From: a bacterium
GTDB taxonomy: Bacteria; Cyanobacteriota; Vampirovibrionia; Gastranaerophilales; Gastranaerophilaceae
DNA: 64,000 nucleotides
Assembly: GCA_017541465.1 (NCBI GenBank)
Contig: JAFXYZ010000039.1
Location: 5,580 to 69,579, forward strand
Reading direction: 5' to 3'
Shown one piece after another: positions 19,410 through 30,300 of this stretch. The notes under the pieces are model-generated. The model was given only the letters and a program-made list of their open reading frames with translations, had not been told where the DNA came from and made no database searches. Positions within the stretch are counted from its first letter, which is position 1. Every line of letters begins with the position of its first letter. The position numbers were made by a program, and so were the translations under genes.

Positions 19410-20126
19410 TTATTTCTTCTTCTCAACACCTTCGGGGATGAGTTTATACCCGCCTCCGTAGATAGTTTCGATGTATTTTTTATTTCCCGAGATTTTATCG
19501 AGTTTTTCTCTCAAATGTTTAATGTGAACCCTAACAGTTTCGAGGTTATCATCGGGCGAATATCCCCAGATGTCCGTTAAAATCTTTGACCCCGGCACCA
19601 TTGAACCGTAATTTTGCATTAATAAATTCATAATCTCAAATTCGCTCGGGGTTACTTTAACACTCTTTCCGTTTATCTCAATACTGTAGCTTTCGGGAAG
19701 AAGAGTAATATCCCCGACAGTCAAAATCTCTTTCGTTGCGCTTGATTTCGGTATGGTTTCATTTCTCTTTAAAAGCGCCTTAACCCTAGCCTTGAGTTCC
19801 TCCATTTCAAAAGGTTTCACGAGATAGTCGTCAATTCCGATGTCATAACCCTTTAACTTGTCCTGGAGCATATTGAGCGCTGTCAGCATAATAATCGGAA
19901 TATCTTTTGTTTCCTTATTCTCTCTTATCCTTTTTGCGACTGTGTATCCGTCCACCTCAGGCATCATAACGTCAAGAATAATGAGGTCGGGAAGCTCCTG
20001 TTTTGCAAGTGCAAAACCTTTTGTCCCGTCTGTTGCACTGATAACTGTATAATATGCAAGTTCAAGATTAATCTTTATGAGTTCATTTATCGCTAAATCA
20101 TCATCGATTACTAATATTTTTATCAT
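19410..20126 (-). CDS. OmpR-family response regulator (receiver + winged-helix)
   Basis: 'ILVIDDD', 'DLIILDVMMPEVDG' and 'KPF' in the receiver domain. C-terminal 'VRVHIKHLREKL..IETIYGGGYKL'. No histidine kinase is adjacent. Confidence 0.85.
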   Translation of the reverse strand: MIKILVIDDDLAINELIKINLELAYYTVISATDGTKGFALAKQELPDLIILDVMMPEVDGYTVAKRIRENKETKDIPIIMLTALNMLQDKLKGYDIGIDDYLVKPFEMEELKARVKALLKRNETIPKSSATKEILTVGDITLLPESYSIEINGKSVKVTPSEFEIMNLLMQNYGSMVPGSKILTDIWGYSPDDNLETVRVHIKHLREKLDKISGNKKYIETIYGGGYKLIPEGVEKKK

Positions 20127-20180
20127 GTTTATTTCCTTTTGCCTCTCACCCCTACCATAATCTTTAAAGAGGGGGGATTT

Positions 20181-21137
20181 TTACAAATTATGTTCTCTTC
20201 TTTTTTCCTTCAGTGTTGTTAAAATTTCTTTTGCCCTGTCTTTAAAGGTGTAGCTTGTACTCACCCTTCTTTTGCCGTTCATCGCTATTGACTGGGCAAG
20301 GTTGAGGTTCTGAAGATAAAATCTTATCTTATCTATCGCTTCCTCTGTCGTTTTAAAGGTTTCGAGTTCCCTTCCGTCGTCAAAATAGGTCTTTATATAA
20401 TTATTATCCTCTGCGAGCAGAAAACCTCCGCTTGCTAAGACTTCAAAAACTCTGTAATTGAGTTTGTCGGCATTTTCTTTCCCTAAATCAAGGTTTATTT
20501 TCGTCTGAGAATATAATCTTCCGAGTTCCTCCTGGGTTCTTTTATAGCCCCTGTAAGAGTTTTTGTATAAAGACAAAAGAAAACCGCTTAATAAATTTTC
20601 TTTTTCGATTAATTTTACACTCTCGTTAAAATCGTCAATATCTGCAAAAATGCTTATTTCCCCAAAGTTTTCTATGATTTTTGTCAAAACCTTCAGCCTT
20701 TGGAGTGAATTAACCTTCCCTGCAAAAGTGATAGGGTATCTGTATTCCTGAAACCTTGTTTTATAAGAAGGTGCATCAATTGCAGGTGTTAAAAACCTTG
20801 TTGAGCGCTCTTTTGTGAGGCTCTTATCCGAGGAAAAAATAAAGTTATTCTTTATTTTAAAGAGTTCGCAGTCCTTCAGCCCTGAAATATCCTCGAGAAA
20901 ATGAACGTAGGTTTCCGTCTGAATTGAATCTGCAAAGTCTTTTGTGAGAAAAGGAATAATATTTTTCTCGCAGTTAAAGACAAAATCGAATTTTGTATCC
21001 TTCAATTCCTCAGTGTTAATGCTTTTAAACGGCTTTTCGAGTACTGCAATACCAAGTGCGCGGAAGGCTTTTGCAAACCCCTGCGAGATAAAAAGCTCTT
21101 TTTCGAGTTCAGGCTGTATGACCAATATCTTTTTCAT
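20181..21137 (-). CDS. CgeB-like / GT1-C-terminal-domain glycosyltransferase-family protein
   Basis: C-terminal 'LNYRVFEVLASGGFLLAEDNNYIKTYFDDGRELETF' resembles the CgeB-type glycosyltransferase domain. Confidence 0.5.
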   Translation of the reverse strand: MKKILVIQPELEKELFISQGFAKAFRALGIAVLEKPFKSINTEELKDTKFDFVFNCEKNIIPFLTKDFADSIQTETYVHFLEDISGLKDCELFKIKNNFIFSSDKSLTKERSTRFLTPAIDAPSYKTRFQEYRYPITFAGKVNSLQRLKVLTKIIENFGEISIFADIDDFNESVKLIEKENLLSGFLLSLYKNSYRGYKRTQEELGRLYSQTKINLDLGKENADKLNYRVFEVLASGGFLLAEDNNYIKTYFDDGRELETFKTTEEAIDKIRFYLQNLNLAQSIAMNGKRRVSTSYTFKDRAKEILTTLKEKRREHNL

Positions 21138-21166
21138 TATTATCTTTCTATTTAATAAAAAGTGTC

Positions 21167-21222
21167 ACCCTGAACTTGTTTCAGGGTCTCAAAATTGTGA
21201 GATGCTGAAATAAATTCAGCAT
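21167..21222. repeat. pair of related 8-bp hairpins (CTGAA...TTCAG type)
   Basis: accctgaa-cttgt-ttcagggt at 21167-21187 and atgctgaa-ataaa-ttcagcat at 21202-21222, downstream of rpsP on the minus strand. Confidence 0.6.
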
Positions 21223-21343
21223 GACAATTCAAGTAATAATTTGTGTAATATTGAATATATTTATTATAACATCATTTAGTCAAAAAAATATCGCCTTTAA
21301 AAAAAAGCGATAAATAAGTGTTCTCTTTTCCCTGTATAAAACT

Positions 21344-21721
21344 TTATTCAGCCTTGGCTTCTTCTTCTGCTGCGGGAGCTTCTTTTGCTGCAGCTTCGGC
21401 TTCAGCTTTTGCTTTAGCTTCTTCTTCGAGTTTAGCTTTGGCTTTCTTTGATAATTTTTCTTCTGTCTTTTTCTTATAGATTAATTTGCCTTCATCATCG
21501 CAGTTTGCAATTAAATAAGAAACTGTTGTTGTCGGCTGAGCGCCGTTTTTAATCCATTCGAGAGCTGCTGCTTTGTCGAGCTTCATTTCTTTTGTTTTGG
21601 GGTTATAGAAGCCGAGTTGTGCTTTTGGAAGAGCGCCTCTCTTTGTTGTTGAATTAAGAACTACTATTCTATAAATCGGGTTTTTCTTGAACCCTGCTCT
21701 TTTTAATCTGATTTTTACCAT
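21344..21721 (-). CDS. rpsP: 30S ribosomal protein S16 with a K/A/E-rich C-terminal extension
   Basis: 'MVKIRLKRAGFKKNPIYRIVV' is the S16 N-terminus. The last ~40 aa are a low-complexity KAE-rich tail. Confidence 0.9.
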   Translation of the reverse strand: MVKIRLKRAGFKKNPIYRIVVLNSTTKRGALPKAQLGFYNPKTKEMKLDKAAALEWIKNGAQPTTTVSYLIANCDDEGKLIYKKKTEEKLSKKAKAKLEEEAKAKAEAEAAAKEAPAAEEEAKAE

Positions 21722-21732
21722 TTTTTCTCCTT

Positions 21733-21760
21733 TTTTGTCGGGTTATTAAACCCTGCCTAC
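21733..21760 (-). repeat. REP-like GTAG hairpin in the rpsP 5' leader
   Basis: The minus strand reads GTAGGCAGGGTTTAATAACCCGACAAAA, immediately upstream of the aaggag RBS. Confidence 0.45.
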
Positions 21761-22166
21761 TGTTCCTGTATATTCTACAAGTCGGGAGTGAAACTTTTGT
21801 GTCACTGCCTTCAGCCGCATGATTTTAAAAGGCTAAGAGGATTGTCTTTAAAATCATAGCTATATAAAATCATAAGCAAAATAAATAATCAATAGAAAAT
21901 TTTATAAATTTAAATAATATTTTATATATTATGAAATTCTTATCCAAACCGATAAAATCATATATCTTTTTGAAAATATCCGCTTTTTATCCGAAATTTC
22001 GGGAAAAACGACTGTTTTTTGTTCATTTTTTATAAAAATTTTGTCAGTTCATCGGTACTTGACACTCTGATTCAATAACGGTCGATAACTTGACCGGTTT
22101 TTATTCCCGAAAAATCGAATTGTAAATTTTTGTAAAAATAATTTTTCATCTTTTTTCTCTTTTTGC

Positions 22167-22194
22167 TTGACGGTCATGATTTAGGGAGTATCAT
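22167..22194 (+). promoter_or_regulatory. candidate promoter of the rpoB operon (TTGACG-16-TATCAT)
   Basis: Hexamers are at 22167-22172 and 22189-22194, in the ~590-nt intergenic region. Confidence 0.3.
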
Positions 22195-22315
22195 TTTTCT
22201 ATAGGGGCTTTTTATGCCTTTTTGTCGAAAAATCTAATAACACAAAACAGTTTATAACGTAGTAAATATAATATTTTATATAGTTGTAGTACACCACATA
22301 TAGAGAGGTGATTGA

Positions 22316-25300
22316 ATGTCTAAGACACAATATTCTGAAAGAGTAACTCCGATGGGAATTCCGGCTCTGAGGCTTGATGACCTTCCGGACTTAATCGAAA
22401 TTCAGAAAAATTCGTTTGAATGGTTTTTAAGAGAGGGATTAAAGGAAGAATTTCTTTCCTTTTCGCCTATTAAAGATTACACAGGCAGGTTAGAACTTCA
22501 CTTTTTACCGAATTATACCTTCGATAATGCGAAGTATTCTATTGAAGAAGCCAGAATCCATGATGCTACTTATGCTAAACAATTAAGAGTCATGGTACGT
22601 CTGGTTAACCGTGACACCGGTGAAATCAAAGAACAGGAAGTTTATATCGGTGATATTCCGACAATGACTAACAAAGGTACCTTTATCGTAAACGGTGCCG
22701 AACGTGTTGTCGTATCACAGATTGTTCGTTCTCCCGGTATTTACTATAAGAGAGAAATATCTCCCACCGGTAAACGTTTATTCAACGCAACCCTGATACC
22801 TAACAGAGGTGCGTGGATGAAGATAGAGACTGATGCTAACGACATCATTTATATCAAAATCGACAAGAACAGAAAAATCCTTGCTACTACACTCCTCAAA
22901 GCACTTGGTATCAGTGTAGGTGAAATGGAAACTCTGTTCTCACACTTTGAATTTTTGAAGAAAACTCTGGCTAAAGATACTGCAGAAACTACTGATGAAG
23001 CTTTAGTCGAGGTTTATAAAAAACTCCGTCCCGGTGATCCTGCTACTCCTGCAGGCGGCCGTCAGATTATCGAATCAAGATTTTTCGATGACAAGAGATA
23101 TGACATTGGACATGTCGGACGTTATAAATTAAACAAAAAACTTAACCTCAACGTTGCTGAAACACAAAGAACACTGACTATTCAGGACCTCGTTGCAGCC
23201 GTTGAATACTTAATTAACTTAACTTACGATGAAGGTTCATGCGATGACATCGACCACCTCGGAAACAGAAGAATACGTTCGGTCGGCGAACTTCTCCAGA
23301 ACCAGTTCAGAGTCGGTTTATCAAGAATTGAGCGTATTGTTAAAGAGAGAATGACTATTCAAAACTCTGATACACTCACACCGCTTAATCTTTTGAATAC
23401 AAAACCGTTGATTGCGTCTTTGAAGGAATTTTTCGGTTCATCACAATTATCACAGTTCATGGACCAGACAAACCCGCTTGCTGAGTTAACTCACAAAAGA
23501 AGAATTTCTGCTTTAGGGCCCGGCGGTCTTGTAAGAGAAAGAGCAGGGTTCGCGGTTCGTGATATTCACCCTTCACACTACGGAAGAATATGTCCCGTTG
23601 AAACTCCCGAAGGTCCGAATGCAGGTTTGATAGGTTCATTGGCTACTCACGCAAGAGTTAATGACTATGGTTTCATCGAAACTCCATACTTTGTCGTCAG
23701 AGACGGTAAGGTTACCGAAGAAGTACACTATATGTCAGCGGATGAAGAGGAAAACGTTCGTGTTGCACCTTCAGACGTTATGCTCAACAAGGACAGAACC
23801 TTCAAATCACAGTATGTTCCTATCCGTTATAAATCAGAATTTACAATGGGCAGTTCTGACAGGGTTGACTATGTCGGTGTTTCACCTATCCAAATCATCT
23901 CTGTTGCTACATCAATTATTCCGTTCATTGAACACGACGATGCTAACCGTGCTTTGATGGGTTCAAACATGCAACGTCAGGCAGTTCCGCTTCTCATCAC
24001 TCAGAGACCTATTGTTGCAACAGGTCTTGAAAAGAGAGCAGCAAAAGACTCCTGCATGGTCGTTGTTTCTGATGTTGACGGAACAGTTGAAAGAGTTGTC
24101 GGCGAAGAAATCTGGATCAGAGATAAAGCAAATAAACTTCATAAGTATCAGTTAATGAAATATTTAAGGAGCAACCAGGATACATGCATTAACCAAAAAC
24201 CGCTTGTAAGAGACGGCGATAAGGTTAAAGCGGGTGATGTTATCGCTGACGGTGCTTCAACATGTGGCGGTGAGCTTTCACTCGGTAAGAACGTACTTGT
24301 TGCTTATATGCCCTGGGAAGGATATAACTTCGAGGATGCTATTTTGTTAAGTGACAGATGCGTTCACGATGACATCTTTACTTCAGTCCATATCGAAAAA
24401 CTTGAAATCGATGCAAGACAAACAAAACTCGGACCTGAAGAAATAACCCGTGAAGTTCCGAATGTTTCAGAGGATTCTCTGAGACACCTCGATGAAAGAG
24501 GTATCGTCAGAATCGGTGCAAGAGTTTATGCAGATGATATTCTTGTCGGTAAGGTTACACCGAAAGGTGAATCAGAACATCCGCCCGAAGAAAAATTATT
24601 AAGAGCAATCTTTGCCGAAAAGGCAAGAGACGTTAAAGATAACTCTTTGAGAGTTCCTCACGGTGAGGGCGGAAGAGTTGTCGATGTTAAAGTATTCGAC
24701 AGAGAAAAGGGTGATGAACTCCCGCCGGGTGCAAACACTGTTATCAGAGTTTATATCGCTCAGAAGAGAAAAGTCTCTGTCGGTGATAAACTTGCAGGAC
24801 GTCACGGAAACAAAGGTATTGTTTCAAGAATACTTCCTAAAGAAGATATGCCGTTCCTTCCGAATGGTACACCTGTTGATATTGTACTTAATCCGCTGGG
24901 TGTTCCTTCCCGTATGAACGTTGGTCAGACTTATGAATGCTTACTTGGTCTGGCAGGTTACTTAACAGGAAACTATTATGAAGCTCCTCCGTTTGACGAA
25001 ATGTACGGTGAAAACAAATCAGAAATCGCAACTAAACACGAACTTCTTGAAGGTATCAAGAAATCAGGCTGCGACTGGGTAAGAGAAGACGGTAAAGTTA
25101 TTCTTCTTGACGGAAGAACAGGTGAACCGTTTGACCAGCCTGTTGCCGTTGGTGTTTCTTACTTCCTCAAACTCGTTCACCTTGTTGATGATAAGATTCA
25201 CGCAAGAAGTACAGGTCCTTATTCTCTCGTTACTCAGCAGCCGTTGGGTGGTAAAGCTCAGTTCGGTGGTCAGAGATTCGGAGAGATGGAGGTTTGGGCT

Positions 25301-25630
25301 CTTGAGGCTTATGGTGCGGCATATACATTACAGGAAATGCTTACAATTAAGTCTGATGATGTAAACGGACGTTCAAGAGCTTATGAATCCATCGTTAAGG
25401 GCGATAATATCCCGAGACCGGGTATTCCGGAATCATTTAAAGTATTGGTAAGAGAACTTCAAAGTATTGCTTTGGACATTTCTGTTTCCAAGAAGAGCGG
25501 TGAAGAAATTGATTTAATGTCTGACACTGACGACATCAGAAAGCCTTCTCCGAAGAGAACACTGTCTGATATTGATTCAGAGTTGTTAAACATGGATTTC
25601 TTCGAAACATCAAATGTTTACAAAGATTAG
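22316..25630 (+). CDS. rpoB: DNA-directed RNA polymerase subunit beta
   Basis: 1104 aa with '[11 protein letters not shown]', '[17 protein letters not shown]', 'NMQRQAVPL' and 'GRHGNKG'. Confidence 0.97.
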   Translation: MSKTQYSERVTPMGIPALRLDDLPDLIEIQKNSFEWFLREGLKEEFLSFSPIKDYTGRLELHFLPNYTFDNAKYSIEEARIHDATYAKQLRVMVRLVNRDTGEIKEQEVYIGDIPTMTNKGTFIVNGAERVVVSQIVRSPGIYYKREISPTGKRLFNATLIPNRGAWMKIETDANDIIYIKIDKNRKILATTLLKALGISVGEMETLFSHFEFLKKTLAKDTAETTDEALVEVYKKLRPGDPATPAGGRQIIESRFFDDKRYDIGHVGRYKLNKKLNLNVAETQRTLTIQDLVAAVEYLINLTYDEGSCDDIDHLGNRRIRSVGELLQNQFRVGLSRIERIVKERMTIQNSDTLTPLNLLNTKPLIASLKEFFGSSQLSQFMDQTNPLAELTHKRRISALGPGGLVRERAGFAVRDIHPSHYGRICPVETPEGPNAGLIGSLATHARVNDYGFIETPYFVVRDGKVTEEVHYMSADEEENVRVAPSDVMLNKDRTFKSQYVPIRYKSEFTMGSSDRVDYVGVSPIQIISVATSIIPFIEHDDANRALMGSNMQRQAVPLLITQRPIVATGLEKRAAKDSCMVVVSDVDGTVERVVGEEIWIRDKANKLHKYQLMKYLRSNQDTCINQKPLVRDGDKVKAGDVIADGASTCGGELSLGKNVLVAYMPWEGYNFEDAILLSDRCVHDDIFTSVHIEKLEIDARQTKLGPEEITREVPNVSEDSLRHLDERGIVRIGARVYADDILVGKVTPKGESEHPPEEKLLRAIFAEKARDVKDNSLRVPHGEGGRVVDVKVFDREKGDELPPGANTVIRVYIAQKRKVSVGDKLAGRHGNKGIVSRILPKEDMPFLPNGTPVDIVLNPLGVPSRMNVGQTYECLLGLAGYLTGNYYEAPPFDEMYGENKSEIATKHELLEGIKKSGCDWVREDGKVILLDGRTGEPFDQPVAVGVSYFLKLVHLVDDKIHARSTGPYSLVTQQPLGGKAQFGGQRFGEMEVWALEAYGAAYTLQEMLTIKSDDVNGRSRAYESIVKGDNIPRPGIPESFKVLVRELQSIALDISVSKKSGEEIDLMSDTDDIRKPSPKRTLSDIDSELLNMDFFETSNVYKD

Positions 25631-25648
25631 ATATAAGGAGATAGAAAA

Positions 25649-27352
25649 TTGTCCACAAGTATAGATTATTTTGATTATATACGAATCAGTATTGCTTCTC
25701 CCGAAAGGATTTTAAAATGGTCCTACGGTGAAGTAACAAAACCTGAGACTATCAACTATCGTACGTTGAAGCCTGAGAGAGACGGTCTTTTCTGCGAAAG
25801 AATTTTCGGGCCTACAAAGGACTGGGAATGCTATTGCGGTAAATATAAGAGAGTAAGACATAAGGGTATCATCTGCGAACGCTGCGGTGTTGAGGTTACT
25901 GATTCAAAAGTAAGACGTCACAGAATGGGACACATTAAACTTGCTGCTCCCGTCAGCCATATTTGGTTCCTGAAGGGTATTCCGAGCTACCTCGGTTTAC
26001 TTCTTGATATGACTCTTAAAGACTTAGAGCAGGTTATCTACTTCAATAACTATGTTGTTATTGATCCGGGTGACACTGAATATAAAAAATATCAGCTCTT
26101 AACAGAGGATGAGTACGAAGAAGCCGAGGGTACAAACCTCAAAGCGGGTATTGGTGCCGAAGCAATTAAAGAATTGCTTTCTGAAATTAAATTAACTGAA
26201 CTCGCTGAAAGCATCAGAGCAGAACTCAACGGTTTGTCGGGAAGCGCTCAGAAGAAAGCTAAATTAATCAAGAGATTAAGATTAATCGAATCCTTAATTG
26301 ACTCTGAAACTGAGCCCACCTGGATGATTATGGATGTTCTTCCCGTAACTCCTCCTGATTTAAGACCTATGGTTCAGTTAGACGGCGGAAGATTTGCCAC
26401 ATCTGACCTGAACGACTTATACAGAAGAGTTATTAACAGAAACAACCGTTTATTAAGACTTATCGAAATGGATGCTCCTGAAATCATCGTTAAGAACGAA
26501 AAACGTATGCTCCAGGAGGCCGTTGATGCCTTAATCGATAACGGCAGAAGAGGAAGAACGGTTGTCGGACCGAGCAACAGACCTTTGAAATCACTGAGTA
26601 ACATCATCGAAGGTAAGCAGGGACGTTTCAGACAGAACTTACTCGGTAAACGTGTTGACTACTCAGGCCGTTCGGTTATCGTTGTAGGTCCTAAACTCAG
26701 CCTTAACCAGTGCGGTTTGCCGAAGGAAATGGCTATTGAATTATTCAAGCCGTTTGTTGTCAACAAGTTAATCGAAAGAGGACTTGTTCAGAATATCAAA
26801 TCAGCTAAGAAGAAAATTGAGCGCTCTGAGAATGTCGTTTGGGATATTCTCGAAGAGGTAATTCAGGGACACCCCGTAATGCTCAACCGTGCTCCTACAC
26901 TTCACAGACTCGGTATTCAGGCATTTGAGCCTGTATTGGTTGAAGGAAGAGCTATTCAGCTTCACCCGCTTGTATGTACCGCATTCAACGCGGACTTCGA
27001 CGGTGACCAAATGGCTGTTCACGTTCCTTTATCAATCGAAGCTCAGACCGAAGCAAGAATGTTGATGCTTGCAACCAACAATATATTGGCTCCTGCTACA
27101 GGTAAACCTATTATCACTCACTCACAGGATATGGTTTTAGGTATGTACTATCTGACAATTATGGAAGAGGACAAAACTGAGCAGTTAAGATATTTCTATA
27201 GTTTTGAAGATGCTATTTCGGCTTACGAAACAAAAGTTATCAAACTTCACGATAAGATTGTTGTCCGTGATGAAAACGGTAAGAGACTTGAAACAACAGT
27301 CGGAAGAATTATCTTTAACGAAACTATCAGAAATTCAATAATGGCATCATAA
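25649..27352 (+). CDS. rpoC1: RNA polymerase gamma subunit (N-terminal part of beta-prime), RpoC1
   Basis: TTG start 8 nt after aaggag. Zinc motif '[23 protein letters not shown]' and catalytic '[12 protein letters not shown]'. The ORF ends where an undivided beta-prime would continue. Confidence 0.93.
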   Translation: MSTSIDYFDYIRISIASPERILKWSYGEVTKPETINYRTLKPERDGLFCERIFGPTKDWECYCGKYKRVRHKGIICERCGVEVTDSKVRRHRMGHIKLAAPVSHIWFLKGIPSYLGLLLDMTLKDLEQVIYFNNYVVIDPGDTEYKKYQLLTEDEYEEAEGTNLKAGIGAEAIKELLSEIKLTELAESIRAELNGLSGSAQKKAKLIKRLRLIESLIDSETEPTWMIMDVLPVTPPDLRPMVQLDGGRFATSDLNDLYRRVINRNNRLLRLIEMDAPEIIVKNEKRMLQEAVDALIDNGRRGRTVVGPSNRPLKSLSNIIEGKQGRFRQNLLGKRVDYSGRSVIVVGPKLSLNQCGLPKEMAIELFKPFVVNKLIERGLVQNIKSAKKKIERSENVVWDILEEVIQGHPVMLNRAPTLHRLGIQAFEPVLVEGRAIQLHPLVCTAFNADFDGDQMAVHVPLSIEAQTEARMLMLATNNILAPATGKPIITHSQDMVLGMYYLTIMEEDKTEQLRYFYSFEDAISAYETKVIKLHDKIVVRDENGKRLETTVGRIIFNETIRNSIMAS

Positions 27353-27374
27353 ATAATATAAGGTGAATGATAAC

Positions 27375-30300
27375 ATGGATACATTAATGCATAAAAATAC
27401 AAAAAAACAGATTGAATATAAAAACCAGCAAATGGATAAAAAGTCCCTAAATAAACTGCTTGCTCAGGTTTACCTTGAATATGGCGGTGCTAAGACTGCT
27501 GCGCTTGCTGATAACCTTAAAAACTTAGGGTATAAATTCGCAACAAAAGCCGGGACTACAATTTCCATTGCCGACCTGAGTGTTCCCGCGGTTAAGAAGG
27601 ACTTGTTAAAGGAAGCTGAAGTTGAGATTGAGAAATCAACTCACAGATATTTAAAGGGTGAAATCACCGAGGTTGAAAGGTACACAAAGGTTATCGATAC
27701 CTGGTCCGAAACAACTGCAAAGCTCACAGAGAGTGTAGTTGAAAACTTCGACAGATTAAACCCCGTTTATATGATGACATTCTCGGGCGCAAGAGGTAAC
27801 TTATCACAGGTTTCACAGCTTGTCGGTATGCGTGGTTTGATGGCTGATGCACAGGGACAAATCATCGACCTTCCTATTAAATCAAACTTTAAAGAAGGTT
27901 TGTCTGTTACCGAATACATCATTTCATCATACGGTGCAAGAAAAGGTCTTGTAGATACCGCGTTAAAGACAGCTGACTCCGGTTACTTAACAAGACGTCT
28001 TGTTGACGTTGCCCAGGACGTAATTATCAGAGATACCGACTGTGGTACAAAGCGCGGTATTAAGATGACTGATATTTCAGACGGTGAAAAAATCGTTGTT
28101 CCTTTAATCGACAGACTTCTCGGAAGAACTATCGCAGAGGACATTAAGGACTCAGATGGAAATGTCGTTGTATCTGCTAATAAAACCATTGACAGAGAGG
28201 ACCAAAAGAAAATCGAGAACCTCGATTTACACGAAATTCTCGTTCGTTCTCCTCTTACCTGCGAATTACAGTCAGGTATCTGCCAAAAGTGTTACGGCTG
28301 GGCAATGACAACCCAAAAGCCCGTTGATGTCGGTGAAGCTATCGGTATTATCGCTGCTCAGTCAATCGGTGAACCCGGTACACAGCTCACAATGAGAACC
28401 TTCCACACAGGCGGTGTATTTAAAGGCGCAGGCGCTGTTAAAGAAATCGTCTCTGATGTTGATGGTGAAATTACTTCAAAGATTGTTACAAGAGATATGA
28501 GAACAAGACACGGTGATAACGTAGCCGTAACTCTTCAGGAATCCGACTTAGAGATTAAGACTGTAAAGAGAACTCATAAATATCATATTCCTTCAGGCGC
28601 TGTTTTATTCTTCAATAAAGGCGCAGAGGTTAAGAAGGGCGATGTAATTGCTCAGTATGAACCTCAGAGCCAGGGTAACGGCAGCCGTCTTACGGAAAAA
28701 GCTACAAAAGATATTACTGCAGACCTTTCAGGTGAAATCGTATTTGAAGATTTTGTTGCTGATGAAAAGAAGGACAGACAGGGCAATATCTCAAGAACTG
28801 CAAACAAAAACGGTATTGTTTGGGTTCTCGGCGGTGATGTTTATAACCTTCCGAGCGGTTCAAAGATTCTTGTTAAAGATAAACAGGTTATCAAAGCAGG
28901 CGAAAAACTTGCAGAAAACCCGATTATCTCTGAACACGGCGGTGAAGTCAGAGTCGGTGACAGTTTAGTTGTTGAAGATGACGTATTTGAAGGAAAGAAG
29001 ATTAAGAAAATTGTTAAGGGTAAAGAGCTTACAATTGTTATTGCTTCTATTGCACCTTCTAATGCAGAGTTTGAACACACAAAGAAGGAACAAATCTGGA
29101 CTGTTAAGAATAAGAAAAACACCGAAAAATATATCGTTAAAGCACCGATTGATACCATGGTTGAAAACGGTACTGTTATTGCAGAGCTCGTTGATGATGA
29201 ATGTGCGGTAACTTCAAGCGGTGAAATCAGATACAACGGTGTTGAAGTTGATGAAAACCAGGTAATCACAAAACCCGGCGAAATCATCTTTATTCCTGAT
29301 GAAATTCACCAGCTCAGCAAGGATATATCTTCAAAACTCGTTGAAAGCGGTACTTATGTAACTGCAGGTACAGAGGTTGTAAGAGACCTTTATACTCACC
29401 TTGACGGTATTGTTGAAATCAAAGAGTTCAACGATATTATCACTGAAGTTTCTATTTGTCCGGGTGAACTTTATACCTTAAACAGTCTCAGTGATTTGAA
29501 AGTAGAGGAAAACGAACTCGTAACGGCAGGTACGACTATTGCTCCCAAGATTAAGGCAAAGGTTGATTCTATCGTTACTATTATTGATTCTGATAAGGAT
29601 ACTCTCAATATTGATGATCTTGATGAAGAAATGGATTTGGCATCGCTTGATGAAGATTCAATTCCTAATCAGCCCGTTCAGATTTTATTGAGACCTGTTC
29701 AGAAATTTGATATTCAAAATAAAGACGTTTCAATTAAATTCAATTCGACAGATGAGGCTATCGACCTTGTTACCGTTACACAATTACAATATAAAGACGG
29801 TTCGAGAGTCAGAAACCTCGATGGCGGTGTTTTAACCAGAACAAGTCTGGTTCTCCAGATGGATGGTTATTTAAGCCACTTAAAAGGTATGGTTGAGCTT
29901 GACAAAGAAGATAAACTCAGAATTGTCGTTCTTGAAAACTTAATTGTAAGACGTGAAATTGAAGGTAATGCAAAGACTGCATCATCTATGCAGACTGAAC
30001 TGCTTGTTAAAAACGGCGATGTAATCAAACCGAAAACACCCGTTGCAAAAACTCAGGCACTTGCTATTGCTGATGGTGTTGTCAGAATGACAAATACCGA
30101 AGAAGAAAATGCAAGAAGATTACTTTTGATTTCTGACAGTGTTGAATCGACCATTAAATTAAAATCAAAACCGACAGTAAAAGTCGGGCAGTTGATTAAG
30201 ATGGATACAGTTATTTCTTCAGGCGGGGAAATATCAGAGCTTTCCGGTTCAGTTGTTGCGGTTGACAAAAACTCAATAACAATAAGAACGGGACGTCCTT

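Noticed and set aside
27363-27374. GTG at 27363 as the rpoC2 start, as given in the ORF track.
   Set aside because: The GTG lies inside the aaggtga Shine-Dalgarno-like sequence. The in-frame ATG at 27375 has proper spacing. The difference is only 4 codons.
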